From: Octopus sinensis
Lineage: Eukaryota
NCBI RefSeq assembly: GCF_006345805.1
Contig: NW_021823771.1
Coordinates: forward strand, 1-21,166
Length of the DNA stretch: 21,166 nt
Direction: 5' to 3'
The notes beneath the pieces were generated by a model, which was not told the DNA's origin, made no database searches, and worked only from the letters and a program-made list of their open reading frames with translations. Numbering within the stretch: position 1 is the first letter of the stretch; each line of letters starts with the position of its first letter. The position numbers were made by a program, and so were the translations under genes. Below, one piece after another: positions 1 through 11,053 of this stretch.

Positions 1-2257
1 TGTACAACAAGCAATCATGATTGATGTCAGACACCACCAACTGTCCATTGGACAGATTACATATTTCGCCAATGCAAGTTTTTGGTCATTCTCCTTTTCT
101 TTGAGTCGTAGATTTAGATTTCTGATGTAAGATTTTTAATGGGTAAAAGGCAGCCAGACGACCGGTCTTGATACTTGTAAAGAAGACCCCGTTGAGTTGA
201 GTGTCCGGGACATAAAGAGTTCCTTGGAAAACAGCAATGTGAGGGTGAACAGGGAAAGGCAGTTCCCACTGCCATTTCATTTGTCCATATAGATCGTAAC
301 ATCTGAGAATAGAGTGTCTCCTGAAGAGGACATAGAAATAAACATTATCAGAGTAGATGTGATGAGGGTAGCCATAGAATGGAAGGTATTTTTGAAAAGT
401 TCTTCACCACATGTGGAATACAATACCATTTTATTTTCGTTTCCATCTACGACTACAAAATTATTGGAGTTGCAGCAATGCTGACATTATGATGTCCCAG
501 AGAAATTCTTTCTGCAATGTCACTTTATCTTCGTTGATCATAAGATATGGACCTCGCTTTGTTTTTCAGTGTGGTCACAGCCAGACACTTATTTGATACA
601 ACATGACATATTTTCATGTAACCAGTTTGCACCTTTATTAAAGGGCCTTTTCGTAGTTCAGGACAGGTGATACTGAAATCCTTTCATTTCACAAAAATAC
701 CAGGAATCTGTTTGCTTTATTCTACAAACAGAAAGAAGGAAGCTCAAGGAAAACTGAATTATTTTGGTTAATTTTCCCCCTTATCAGTGAATAATTTAGC
801 TTTCTTGTTTTTGTAAATTATTAATATAGAAGATGTAGACATAGGTAGAATATTTGTATGTTGTAGCAATCCTCAATATAAATATAGCTGTTCAATGTTG
901 GGGTCCATAGCTGGAGGTTATGTGACTGCCTGGGCCAAAAGTCTTCATTTGTTCCAATGATATGAAGGACATCAAAACAATCGGTTACAAAAATGTTTTC
1001 TTTGCCAACAGAAATATGGCGGCATTTCATGCCAATTCCTCTTGTTGTCAAAGCACCTGTACCTGATATCCGATAAATAATATGTCCCTGAAGGACATAA
1101 AAATGGTTTTGGTACACAGAGATGTGGCTTGGAATGTCCAGGGAATTGGTATCCACCTCAAATAATTGCTGGCCATCCACATTGTAACAGGTAACCCTGT
1201 TAATATTGGAAAAGGATACTAAGAGTTTATTTTGTGCTCCTACAGCAATATCTGAAGGGGTTTCTTCGTTATGAATTCGTATTTTATTCTATTCTCTTCC
1301 CAGTCAATGACGTATATGGTCTGACCAAACATTTCTACACCAATCGTAGAATGTTCCAAATAAGAAACCAAGATTAATCCTAGCTGAATTCTTTTGATTC
1401 CCAAACTTAAAGGGTTGATAATACAATCTTTCGAAATGGAGGGTGGCCAGGACTGTGTCTTCACTGATTCTGGTAAAATCAGTGACAGAAGATGAGCAAC
1501 GAACATCGTTTCTGTTGCCGTCTCTTGTTATACAACATATTGTCATAAAGTGGGCGGGAATATGTTACAATTCCCCCTTGTATGACAACAATATTGGATA
1601 TTGGTTGCTTAAGTCTTCACCAGATTCCTCAATCTCTACTTCTCTGGTCACACACTGGCCGAAGAGGCCGAATTTTGTGGTTACTTTTGGTGGTTCTATG
1701 GTCTTGTGGTTGTGGGTTACAGGTGACATAAATGTCAAAGAGTCTTTGTTGAAACCAATCAAGGTTTTGGTGAACAAAATCATTATTTGTTTTGCAAATT
1801 CCAGAAATCTTGGCATTTTACGTTTGATATTACGTAAAATTCGAGATCCATTTAAACCCAGAGAGTCCATGTGATTACATTTATCCTTTACATAATCTAT
1901 AAACGTATTGATGTGGTCTGTTTTGATTAGTGTTCGGTAACATGTCACAATATGAAGGAAACTTGGTAACATGGACTTTTCCTGTTCTTTAGATTTCTTT
2001 GTGTCTTTTCTTTCCTGTTCTCTTTTCTTTGTGTTTTGTGTATGTAATATTTGGGGAAGAATTGGTGTAGTTTCCTTATAAATTGCTGTTGTGGCAGGAA
2101 TGAGAGCCAACATTTTGTTTTCTTCATTAATCTTCTCCATTTTATGAATATAGAATTATTATCTTTTTCTGTTAAATATATTCTTTTCTGTGGATTTTGT
2201 TTTCTTCCTTTCGAATACAATTTATCTCTTCAAAATTCACTAATTTTTACATGAAAG
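1..2257 (-). pseudogene. Disrupted coiled-coil + tandem NHL-like/6-bladed beta-propeller gene (TRIM-NHL-like architecture); single large exon, continues beyond position 1
   Basis: Manual stitching of minus-strand frames gives blade-like peptides: SVTDFTRISEDTVLATL, IGVEMFGQTIYVIDWEENRI, PSDIAVGAQNKLLVSFSNINRVTCYNVDGQQLF, CRHISVGKENIFVTDCFDVLHII, ICHVVSNKCLAVTT, NNFVVVDGNENKMVLYSTCGEELF, YPHHIYSDNVYFYVL, PHIAVFQGTLYVPD, IGEICNLSNGQLVVSDINHDCLLY. These follow a K/E-rich helical region (ORF 1565-2140). There is an in-frame TAA at 1565-1567 and many frame changes. A pyrimidine-rich acceptor TTTTCATTTTATTTCAG ends at 2258. Family assignment is by motif resemblance only. Confidence 0.75.
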
Positions 2258-2536
2258 CTGAAATAAAATGAAAACTTTATTAGTTTTGTGAAAAGCTTTT
2301 GATAAAATAATATTTACTTGATTCATTCAAAGAATTTCAAGGAAAACACACATTTCATTAAATATATTAACCAAATTGTTTATTTGACAGTGAAGTTAAA
2401 CATTTAAACTGTTTTCAATGGAATAATCATTAGAAATAAAACTTGAAGATATAAATACACCATTATCTTTATTGACTGAATATAAGTGATGGTGAAAAGT
2501 TTTGTAGTAAGAAGGAATATAAATATTTTGTTGAGG

Positions 2537-2765
2537 TTATTTCTACAGATATTATCGGTAGAAATTATAGCCAGGACTGATTTCCTGCTACAACATTTCA
2601 TATCGAAATGTCAGACGAAACAAACAATGAGATCAAAGAGAAAAACATCTGTTTTTTGTTCTCATTGTGTATCTCATTGTTTGTTTACATCTGACATCTC
2701 GATAGGAAAGGTTTTAGCAAAAATCAGAGCCAACTATAATTTCTATGGAATATCAATAGAATAAT
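2537..2765. repeat. Long imperfect inverted repeat (~110-bp arms, 4-nt loop at 2647-2650)
   Basis: The left arm matches the reverse complement of the right arm in blocks such as TAGAAATTATAG, CTGATTT, TATCGA-ATGTCAGA and AAACAAACAATGAGAT. The apex is AAAAAC-ATCT-GTTTTT. Confidence 0.85.
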
Positions 2766-2997
2766 GTGAAAAACACTGCTAACAAAGTAGAATGTGGTGT
2801 TGACTTCTAAAACGATTTAATATATTTTATAGGATTTATGTTGCATAATGAAATACCACGTCCCTACAAATCAGGAATAAGTATTATTAATAATTATATG
2901 CACTGGAAATGATGTGACAGTCATGGTTGGCTTGGTTCCATCATATTTACTTGGATTCACAGATACCAATAAAGCTGGAGATGAAACTGTTCTTAAC

Positions 2998-3260
2998 CTG
3001 ACAAATGCTGTAAATCTCTCGACATTTCAATATAATCCACACAATTATCATACACAACATTGATTAACTCGGAAAGCTTATCCAAAGATGGGCTTTCATA
3101 TAATCACACTGATAGACAGCATGTTGAGAGGATCGTTATTATTTGTTGCTGATTGGGATTTAATGAGGTGGATTAGGAAATATTGGTGGGGGTTTTTAAT
3201 GATATTCTGGTGACCATCATCATCATCCTTCTTCAGATTCAGCTCTTTAATATACATGGA
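2998..3260 (-). other. Possible upstream (also disrupted) exon of the propeller gene
   Basis: Acceptor-like TTTTGTTTAG ends at 3261 and a weak donor CAG|GTTAAG lies at 2998. Frames give HAVYQCDYMKAHL and LDKLSELINVVYDNCVDYIEMSRDLQHL (helical-looking) but need frameshifts. No homology confirmed. Confidence 0.3.
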
Positions 3261-3602
3261 CTAAACAAAACAGTATTTTGAGAAAAGCTGGATAGGCTAT
3301 GTTGTTGTATTTTGTTGTTTGTTGACAACAAAGTTTATAAAGAGAAAAGCAATAATTGCAAATATTTCTATTGTAAAATTAAATTGGAATGATGTTTTAT
3401 GTTTCATTTGTGCCCATTCTACTGGTTTATTTTGGGAGAAAACCTACAAAACCCCTCATAATAAATAGACTTTATCTAATTGTGTTTGTATTTATATACA
3501 CATGCATACATATATATGAATGAAGGTGTATAATATATACACAAGATGACATATGTATATTTATACATCCATACGTCTGTATGTATGTATGATGATCATC
3601 AT

Positions 3603-3770
3603 TTTACCCCCATTTTCCATTCTGGAATGGGTTGGATGGTTCAAAGAATATCTTGCCTGAAGTTACATTTTCTGGTTTTCTTTCTGCAGCTGGATGCTCT
3701 TCCTGACACCACCACTGCACAATGTGCACTGGGTGCATCTTATGGCACCATCGCTAGAGACGATCGCCAT
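3603..3770 (-). mobile_element. Decayed 3' part of HP element
   Basis: Degenerate match to the HP tail: TTTTCCATTCTGGAATGGGTTGGA ... CAGCTGGATGCTCTTCCTGACACCACCACT. Confidence 0.55.
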
Positions 3771-4196
3771 GTCCTTGACAAAACTAAAGGTTCCCCTCAT
3801 CTCTGGTTTGACATATACCTTGGGATGGTGAGAGATCTAGGGTAATAAATATATGAAAAGGAGTGGTTGGGTGTTGGGGAGAGACTCAGGTAGGTCCAGT
3901 AACATCCCTAGTTTCATTGGAAGAATGGTGAAGAGAAGAGATTTACTGCCAATCTTTATCATAGCAGTAAGATAGTAGAGTAAAAAGAAGAAGAAGAGAG
4001 AGTGATTGAGAGATGAAAGATAGAGGTAGGGGTGATAGGGTGTGACAGTAGGGACTCAAGGTCCAAGAGTTGACACTCATCAAGTGGTGTTTGGAGGTCT
4101 GTGAATATACCTCCAAAGAACCAGTTTGATAAATGCTAATAAACGAAACTTTCGGATCTTGGGTCACTTTGTTACTTCTGCTAAATTTATATATAT

Positions 4197-4563
4197 AAAT
4201 CAAAATCAAAATCCAAGTCAATCAACATCAATGGAAATTGTAGTTGTGATACCAGTGCCGGTGGTATGTAAAAGAACCATCTGAACGTGACCGTAGCCAG
4301 CGCCGCCCGACTGGCCTTCGTGCTGGTAGCATAAAAAGCACCATCCGATCATGGCCATTGCCAGCATCGCCTGGCCCCCGTGCCGGTGGCACATAAAAGC
4401 ACCCACTACACTCACGGAGTGGTTGGTGTTACGAAGGACATCCAGCTGTAGAAACTTTGCCAGATCAGACTGGGCCTGTGCAGCCTTCTGGTTTCCCACA
4501 CCCCAGTTGAACCGTCCAACCCATGCTAGCATTGAAAGCGGATGGTAATATAATGATGATGAT
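4197..4563 (+). mobile_element. HP element: (AAATC)n - head - ~63-bp hairpin repeats - retroposon-like 3' end with (GAT)n tail
   Basis: Starts AAATCAAAATCAAAATC, carries 2-3 subrepeats, then GGTTGGTGTTACGAAGGACATCCAGCTGTAGAAAC...CCAACCCATGCTAGCAT...GATGATGAT. Homologous to 5395-5727, 6915-7400, 14142-14450 and 18323-20113. The short-repeat tail is typical of RTE-mobilised elements (inference). Confidence 0.85.
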
Positions 4564-4899
4564 ATATATATATATATATATGTATATATATTATATATAT
4601 ACATATATACCTTCACATACTCCATGTACAAATATTTGTGTCTATGTATGTTTATAGATATGAATCAATGAACGACAAAAGAACAAGAGTTACGTAGACA
4701 CCTTCATTAGCTTCCAGCTGTTTCTGCTACAGGAAGCAGTGAACTCGAGCTGAGTGTGTGTGCGCGTAGGTGTCTGTGCATTTGTTTATGTTTGCAATCT
4801 CTTTTAAGTTGCTCCAGGCAGAAACATGTCAACCAATCACCCCCACCTTGGAAGACATGGGAAATAAAACTTTTGTTCTTGCAAAATGGTTTTGGGAGC

Positions 4900-5215
4900 A
4901 ATAGGAAGGCTGTCTGTAAAACAATGCTTCAATAATATATTCACCTAACCCATGCCAGCATACAAAATCAGATGTAATATCAAACCAAGTAAACCCATGT
5001 TTATACATTCATATACTTTTATGCATACATAAACACATACACACGTGTGTGTGTGTGCATCTGGTGTTAAGAAGATCATCATCCAGCTGTAGAAATCTTG
5101 CCAAATCTTTCATTGGAGCTCAGCAATGTCCTCTGGTTCACTGCTTCCTCGTCAACTGTCCTACCCATGCCAGTTAGGGAAAATGGATGTCAAACCTTTA
5201 TAATATATCAGATGA
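4900..5215 (+). mobile_element. Two decayed HP-element 3' fragments
   Basis: AGGAAGGCTGTCTGTAAAAC...AACCCATGCCAGCAT (~4903-4960) and CATCCAGCTGTAGAAA...ACCCATGCCAGT...GGATGTCAAAC (~5080-5196). Confidence 0.55.
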
Positions 5216-5251
5216 TGTATTTTCTCTCTCATAATTTTGTTTATTTATATA

Positions 5252-5303
<52 letters not shown>

Positions 5304-5326
5304 ATATATATATATATATATATACA

Positions 5327-5374
5327 TCCAACCCATACTAGCATGGAAAACGGACGCTAAACGATGATGATGAT
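5327..5374 (+). mobile_element. Isolated HP-element 3' tail fragment
   Basis: TCCAACCCATACTAGCATGGAAAACGGACGCTAAACGATGATGATGAT, embedded in a (TA)n tract. Confidence 0.8.
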
Positions 5375-5394
5375 ATTATATATATATGTTATGT

Positions 5395-5727
5395 ATCATC
5401 ATCATCATCGTTTTAACGTCTGCCTTCCATGCTAGCATGGGTTGGACGATTTTGACTGAGGGCTGGCAAACCAGATGGCTGCTTCAGGCTCCAATGTTTA
5501 TCTGGCAGAGTTTCTACAGCTGGATGCCCTTCCTAATGCCAACCACTCCGAGACTGTAGTGGGTGCATTTTACATGCCAGTCAGGCAGTACTGGCAACGA
5601 CCTCGCTCGAATGGTGTCTTTTACGTTCCACTGACACGGAAGCCAGTTAACCACTCTGGCAACGATCACGCTTGGATGGTGCTCTTAGCACCCTACTAGC
5701 CCAGGCACAAGTGCCAGTAAGGCGACG
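5395..5727 (-). mobile_element. HP element, 5'-truncated
   Basis: (CAT)n-CGTTTTAACGTC...CCATGCTAGCATGGGTTGGA...CTACAGCTGGATGCCCTTCCTAATGCCAACCACTCCGAG, followed by ~2.5 hairpin subrepeats. Confidence 0.85.
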
Positions 5728-5741
5728 TGTATATATATATA

Positions 5742-6089
5742 TTCTTTTATTCTTGTACTTGCTTCAGTCATTTGAGTGTGGCCATGCTGGAGCACTGCCT
5801 TTAGTCAAACAAATCACCTGAGGACTTATTCTTTCTAAGACCAATACTTATTCTATTGGTCTCTTTAGCCAAATTGCTAAGTTACAGGGATGTAAACATA
5901 CCAATATTGGTTGTCAAGCTCTGTTGGTGGGAGAAGCAGAGACACATAAATATATCTGATGGGCTTCTTTCAGTTTCCGTCTAACAGATCCACTCACAAG
6001 GTTTTGATTTGCCCAATGTGCCATGCAATGGGACTGAACCCAGAGCCATGTGGTTGGCAAGCATGCTTCTTACCACACAACCACTCTTG
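5742..6089 (-). mobile_element. SINE-A, full length (tRNA-derived head + short linker + 3' half)
   Basis: The minus strand has an A-box-like GGTTGTGTGGTAAG and a B-box GGTTCAGTCCC in the head (~5958-6089). The 3' half (~5742-5935) is homologous to five other copies in the window. Confidence 0.85.
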
Positions 6090-6157
6090 TGCCCTTGCCC
6101 CACTGCTTCTAATTCTTGTCACCTCCCACATTACCATTCCCCCTTTACGTTGTCTCT

Positions 6158-6191
6158 CATAATATATATATATATGTTATGTATGTATATA

Positions 6192-6270
<79 letters not shown>
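6158..6270. repeat. (TA)n microsatellite
   Basis: Direct observation. Confidence 0.95.
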
Positions 6271-6273
<3 letters not shown>

Positions 6274-6274
<1 letters not shown>

Positions 6275-6642
6275 CTCTCTCTATATAAACGGCAGTTTGT
6301 CTGGTGTATGTTTCTGTGTGTCTGTTAGGTTGTACCCTCACCCTGACCACGGCTTTCACACCTATCTGATGAAACTTGACACACACATAGCCCAATGTCA
6401 TAATTCAAAACTAACGCAGCGAAAATTTTGAAAGTTCCCCCATTCTGAAAAAAATCGATAAATTCGACATGGGGTCGAGAATCAGAAACACAAACCACAG
6501 ACTGTCTAGGGGACGCAACTCCACCTTTTTAACTCTCAAAAATAAATTTACCAAATTTTTTTTCCATTATTTTGCTATAACTCTCTAAAATGCTTTATAG
6601 TTATTTCCCTTACAAACCCGAGCAACGCCGGGATACTGCTAG
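6274..6642 (+). mobile_element. Non-autonomous Helitron
   Basis: A|TC start (6274), 3' hairpin CCCG-AGCAACGC-CGGG (6617-6632) then CTAG|T (6639-6643). Inserted between A and T in TA repeats with no TSD. The last ~85 bp match 12157-12240 in reverse. Confidence 0.85.
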
Positions 6643-6684
6643 TATATATATATTATATATATATATATATATATGTATATATTG

Positions 6685-6885
6685 TATTCCTTTATTTGTT
6701 TCAGTCAATTGACTGCAGCCATGCTGGAGCACCACCTGTAGTCAAATATAAACGGACCCCAGTTCTTATTCTTTGTTTTGCCCAATACTTATTCTATCAG
6801 TCTCTTTTGCCAAATCACTAAGATACAGGGACGCAAACCCACCAAAATCGGTTGTCAAGCAAAGCTGGGGGACAAACATAAACAC
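6685..6885 (-). mobile_element. SINE-A 3' half (partner head at 7403-7556)
   Basis: TTTCAGTCAATTGACTGCAGCCATGCTGGAGCACC...GGTTGTCAAGC matches the other SINE-A 3' halves. Confidence 0.85.
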
Positions 6886-6914
6886 AAACATATACACAAC
6901 ACACATATATATAA

Positions 6915-7400
6915 TAATCGAAATGAACCAAATTCGATGACTGGCACCCGTGCCAGTGGAGTGCTAACAGCACCATCCGAGTGTGATCATTGCCAGAGCA
7001 GCTGTCTGGCTCCCATGCTGGTGGCACATGAAAAGCACCATTTGAGCGTGATCGTTACCAGCATTGCCTCATTGGCACTTGTGCTGGTGGCACAAAAAAT
7101 GATTCGAGCGAGGTTGTTGCCAGTGCACTGGACTGGCTCCTGTACAGGTGGCACGTAAAAGGCACCATTTGAGAGTGGATGTGGCCAGTATCGCCTGGAT
7201 GGCCCTTGTGCCAGTGTAACGTAAAAGCAGCCAGTACACTCTCGGAATGGTTGGCATTAGGAAGGGTATCCAGCTATAGAAACTCTGCCAGATGAGATTG
7301 GAGCCTGGTGCAACCATCTGGTTCGCCAGTCCTCACTCAATTGTCCAACCCATCACAGCATGGAAAGCAGACGTTAAACAATGATGATGATGATGATGAT
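6915..7400 (+). mobile_element. HP element with ~4-5 divergent hairpin subrepeats, inserted in a SINE-A linker
   Basis: Subrepeats at ~6940-7235, then GGTTGGCATTAGGAAGGGTATCCAGCTATAGAAAC...GCAGACGTTAAACA(ATG)n. Confidence 0.85.
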
Positions 7401-7402
7401 AT

Positions 7403-7556
7403 CAGGCTTCTTCATTTCCGTCTACCAAATCCTCTCACAAGTCTTTGGTTGGCCTGAGGCTATAATAGTAAACTCTTGCTCAAAGTATCACGCAGTGGAA
7501 CTGAACCCGGAACTATGTGGTTGGGAAGTAAGCTTCTTACCACACAGCCACTCCTG
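7403..7556 (-). mobile_element. SINE-A tRNA-derived head
   Basis: Reverse complement reads CAGGAGTGGCTGTGTGGTAAGAAGCTT...CCGGGTTCAGTTCCACTGCGTG (A/B boxes). Confidence 0.85.
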
Positions 7557-8087
7557 TGTGTGTGTATATATATATATACACCACAGATTCACAAACCAAA
7601 AGATCCTGACTCCATACGGATTTATAGTTGCAGAGCTTATGCTGGGAATGGCCAATGAGCTGGTGTTGACAACAACAACAACAACAGAAGCACAGTGGCA
7701 GTGACCGGATGGGTGTCTTTGAGACCAGAGCCTTAAACGACTGAAAAAAGTGGAAGGGTCAACTACAACAGTTGTTGCAGACTTGATAATATAAACAAAG
7801 AGAAGAACGATGAAAGAGGGAGGAAATGGATGAAGAGGAGGCATGTAAATAAACTCTGGGTCTACATTGATGGAAATAAGTTGAAAAACAGCATCAGAAG
7901 ATCTGACCTCTCTGGCTGTTATTTAAAATCAAAGTGGTCAACCAGATGACATAAGATATAGAATGACTTGAAGAGATTTGAAATCTGGAGGAGCCTTTCT
8001 CTCTACTTGTGTAACCCCTGGCAATGTCTTGCACGTAGAAAGAAAGAAGTGGTTGAAGAGGAAGAACAACAACAATGATGACAAATC

Positions 8088-8228
8088 TACTCCAGTACTT
8101 GACTGGTTTCTTTATCAATCATATATAAAGTAAAGCTGACCTCACTTGGTATTGAACTCAGGGCACCAGAGCAGATACTGGAAACAGTCTTTTAGTAAAA
8201 TGTGTGAATGCCTTTGCCAACTGACCCC
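8088..8228 (-). mobile_element. Decayed second tRNA-derived SINE (SINE-B)
   Basis: Reverse complement has a B-box-like GAGTTCAATACC followed by GGTCAGCTTTAC. Resembles 9104-9232 in the opposite orientation. Heavily decayed. Confidence 0.45.
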
Positions 8229-9103
8229 TTTTTACATGAATAAGTTCACTTGTTTAACTGTTTGATTTCTATGAATATATTATTGCTTGAGAGAGCATCA
8301 TTAGAGAAACATACCAGGTCGTACCTTGGCCAGGTAATAACAAATGATTAATTAAATTATACACAGGTGCATGTTCATTGGTATATCTGATGTTACCTTG
8401 GAATTGTTTAATTTTTAGACAATTCTCTTGGTTAACTTAAAGAAATATACAAATTTATAACATAGATTATTATTATTAAAATTACATATTTAAATGTAAT
8501 TTATAAAAATATATTAAAAATACAATATTTTTTAATTTAATAGGATGCTTAACTTTTTATAATTCCAAAATACAATTTATAAAGTTGAAATATTGAAACA
8601 TTAAAATTATTTTTATAAACAGTAAATATATTTAAAAGAAAGAAATACATTTGTTTAAAATATATTAAAACTATGATTTCCATTTTTGATTTTTACTGAA
8701 AGTTAATTCTTGTCTAGCAATGCTATAGTCAAAAACTCTCTAACCATGACCCTCCATAAGTTGTCATGATTGAATATGTTTTTAGGGCATTTTAGGGACT
8801 TTGTTGTTAGTTTGTAAGAATTTATAATAAATGCAGACAAGGTGAAGTAATTCTCAGAAGCCATCCATCTGATAAATATATTGAAGATGGTGAGAAAACA
8901 TATTTAATGCATTGCACCTTAAAATGTTGATGTAGGATAAGATGTGCTGAGAGAGAAAATATATGTTGTCACCAAATTGTTTAATATTTAAACAATTCTT
9001 CTTGTTTGCTTCAAGATATAAAATAGAAATGAAATCACCAGAACAATTCCATTTATATACAAAGTTTAATATTGAAATAAAAAATCAGTTAAAATATTTC
9101 AAT

Positions 9104-9232
9104 TAGTAGAGTCGTTAGAATGGTATTAGTACTGACACTTTGTGTTCTGGTTCAAATTCTGGCATGGTCAACTTTGACTTTTATTATGCAGGGGTCAATA
9201 ATTAAATACTAGTTTGAGGTGGTAGAATTAAA
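9104..9232 (+). mobile_element. Decayed SINE-B
   Basis: TAGTAGAGTCGTTAGA (A-box-like) ... TTCTGGTTCAAATTCTGGCATGGTCAACTTTG ... GGGGTCAATAATTAAATACTAG. Confidence 0.5.
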
Positions 9233-10128
9233 TATTGGACACGATGCCTTCCAGTAGGTAATGTGGTTCTTTATGAACTGAGTTCAAATCCCATTGTGGC
9301 CACCCTATGTTGCAGACTAAATCTATCACCAAATTTCACACCAAAAGCTGGCCCCTGAGCTGCTTTTAGCAGAGGATTTCTCTTTTGTCTGCATTCACAT
9401 TAGGCCCTTGTTTTGAGAATGTGTTTCTCCCACTCATCCCTGTCAGAGACCCTGGAAAATGAAAGGGTCGTATGCAAGGACCTTCTCCCTCAACAAACCT
9501 TTAAAAAATTAAGTTTATGAAAACAGCCAATTAATTTATCTGCCATGAAATTAATTTGCAAATTTTAATTTCACTTGAGACTTAGAAATCCACTTTAACT
9601 ACGTAAAATGATGTATCCTTAGATGAACATTTCCATCAAATAGTTTTGACATAGTTATAACACAACCATACTTTATATTCTGGAAATGAAAGGTTTTACG
9701 TGTGATGTGACCTGCAAAATGTTTTACAACGTCTAGTCTATAAATGGTGTGTGCAAATAAACCACTATCTATATAACAGTATATTTATGTTTGAATAAGT
9801 CTAATGAATGTTTAGCAGTGTAAATGTGGTGGTAAATTGTGTGTTAAATAAATAGGAGAAGAATATTATTTACCAGGGTTGTTATTGGTTTTTGATACTG
9901 GCTTGAAGTCTTTCTGTCTCAGAAATATTCTGTGAGTCTGCTTCGCTCGAACAGCAATGAAGATATGGCAACAGTTAAGAGGATACTTATAATATATCCG
10001 GAGTAGTAGGCATTGCCTCCTCATGTGTGGTGTGTGTGTGTATACATCTTTATGTATGTATGTATATATAGATGGATATACACATACATACATGTCTTTG
10101 TGTATTACATTCTATGTGTGTATAGGTG

Positions 10129-10455
10129 TGGGAGTGGCTGTGTAGTAAGTAGATGGCTTACCAACCACATGGCTCTGGGTTCAGTCCCACTGTGTGGCAC
10201 CTTGCACAAGTGACTTCTACTATAGCCTGGGGCCAACCAAAGCCTTGTGAGTAGATTTGGTAGATGGAAACTGAAAGAAGCCCATTCTCTATATATATGT
10301 ATGTGTGTGTATATGTCCCCCATAGCTTAGCAGTTTAGCAAAAGAGACTGATAGAATAAGTACTAGGCTTACAAAGAAAAAATACTGGGGTCGATTTGCT
10401 CAATTAAAGGCAGTGCTCCAGCATAGCCATAGTCTTGTTAGAAATAATAAAGAAA
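10129..10455 (+). mobile_element. SINE-A, near full length with an internal deletion in the 3' half
   Basis: A-box-like TGGCTGTGTAGTAA and B box GGTTCAGTCCC (10178-10188), TA/TG linker, then TAGCAAAAGAGACTGATAGAATAAGTACTAGGCTTAC...GGGGTCGATTTGCTC...GTGCTCCAGCAT. Confidence 0.88.
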
Positions 10456-10791
10456 TTTTCCTGAAATAACATACAACCTTCTCATAAATACACACACATA
10501 TATATAGATATGCTTATTTTTATATACTATGTATATATATATGTGTATATACATATACACATACACACACACTCACATGTTTATATATACACATGTATGT
10601 ATATATATATATATCTGTGTATATGTCTGTGTAACACAACTATGGTGTTACTGTTGTGAAACCGGCATTTCTTATGCTTGAAGAATTTTGGTATTGGTCT
10701 GGAATCCAACAGCCCAGAGCTCAGGTTGGGTTTCTCTGCAAATAATCTACCAGGAACTAACTTATATGTATGTGTGCACATATGTATATGT

Positions 10792-10995
10792 ATTCTCTTA
10801 TTCCTTTACTTGTTTCAGTAATTTGATGTGGTCATGCTGGAGCACCACCTTTAGAAAGAAATCGATCCGAGGACTTACTCTTTGTAAGCTTAGTAGTTTT
10901 TCTATGGTCTTTTTTGCTGAACTGCCAAGTTATAGGGGTGTAAACACAGCAACACTGGTTCTCAAACGATGGTGAGGGTGGACAGTCACAGATGC
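10792..10995 (-). mobile_element. SINE-A 3' half (candidate partner head at 14702-14847)
   Basis: TTTACTTGTTTCAG...CATGCTGGAGCACCACC...AATCGATCCGAGGACTTA...; followed by the CA/TA linker. Confidence 0.85.
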
Positions 10996-10998
10996 ACA

Positions 10999-11000
<2 letters not shown>

Positions 11001-11053
<53 letters not shown>

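Noticed and set aside
1443-1874. 143-aa plus-strand ORF (also 411-596, 2051-2254)
   Set aside because: Antisense shadow of the minus-strand propeller gene.
2486-2764. 92-aa plus-strand ORF
   Set aside because: Coincides with the long inverted repeat; no recognisable protein features.
6360-6380. CTGATGA hammerhead-like core
   Set aside because: No flanking stems or properly placed GAAA/UH; it lies in a Helitron body.
6009-6431. ORFs with YIYIYI runs (also 5098-5367, 16612-17236, 19886-20188)
   Set aside because: Translations of (TA)n microsatellites and adjacent SINE sequence.
7660-8090. Possible exon or LINE relic (ORF 7894-8118)
   Set aside because: No recognisable motif in any frame; low-complexity purine-rich flanks.
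8385-9010. Short imperfect direct repeat with AATTGTTTAA-TAT-TTAAACAATT hairpin (8402 and 8975)
   Set aside because: Very AT-rich context makes such matches likely by chance or old decay; no termini identifiable.
10129-10200. tRNA gene
   Set aside because: A/B boxes belong to a SINE head; no cloverleaf, and it continues into the SINE body.
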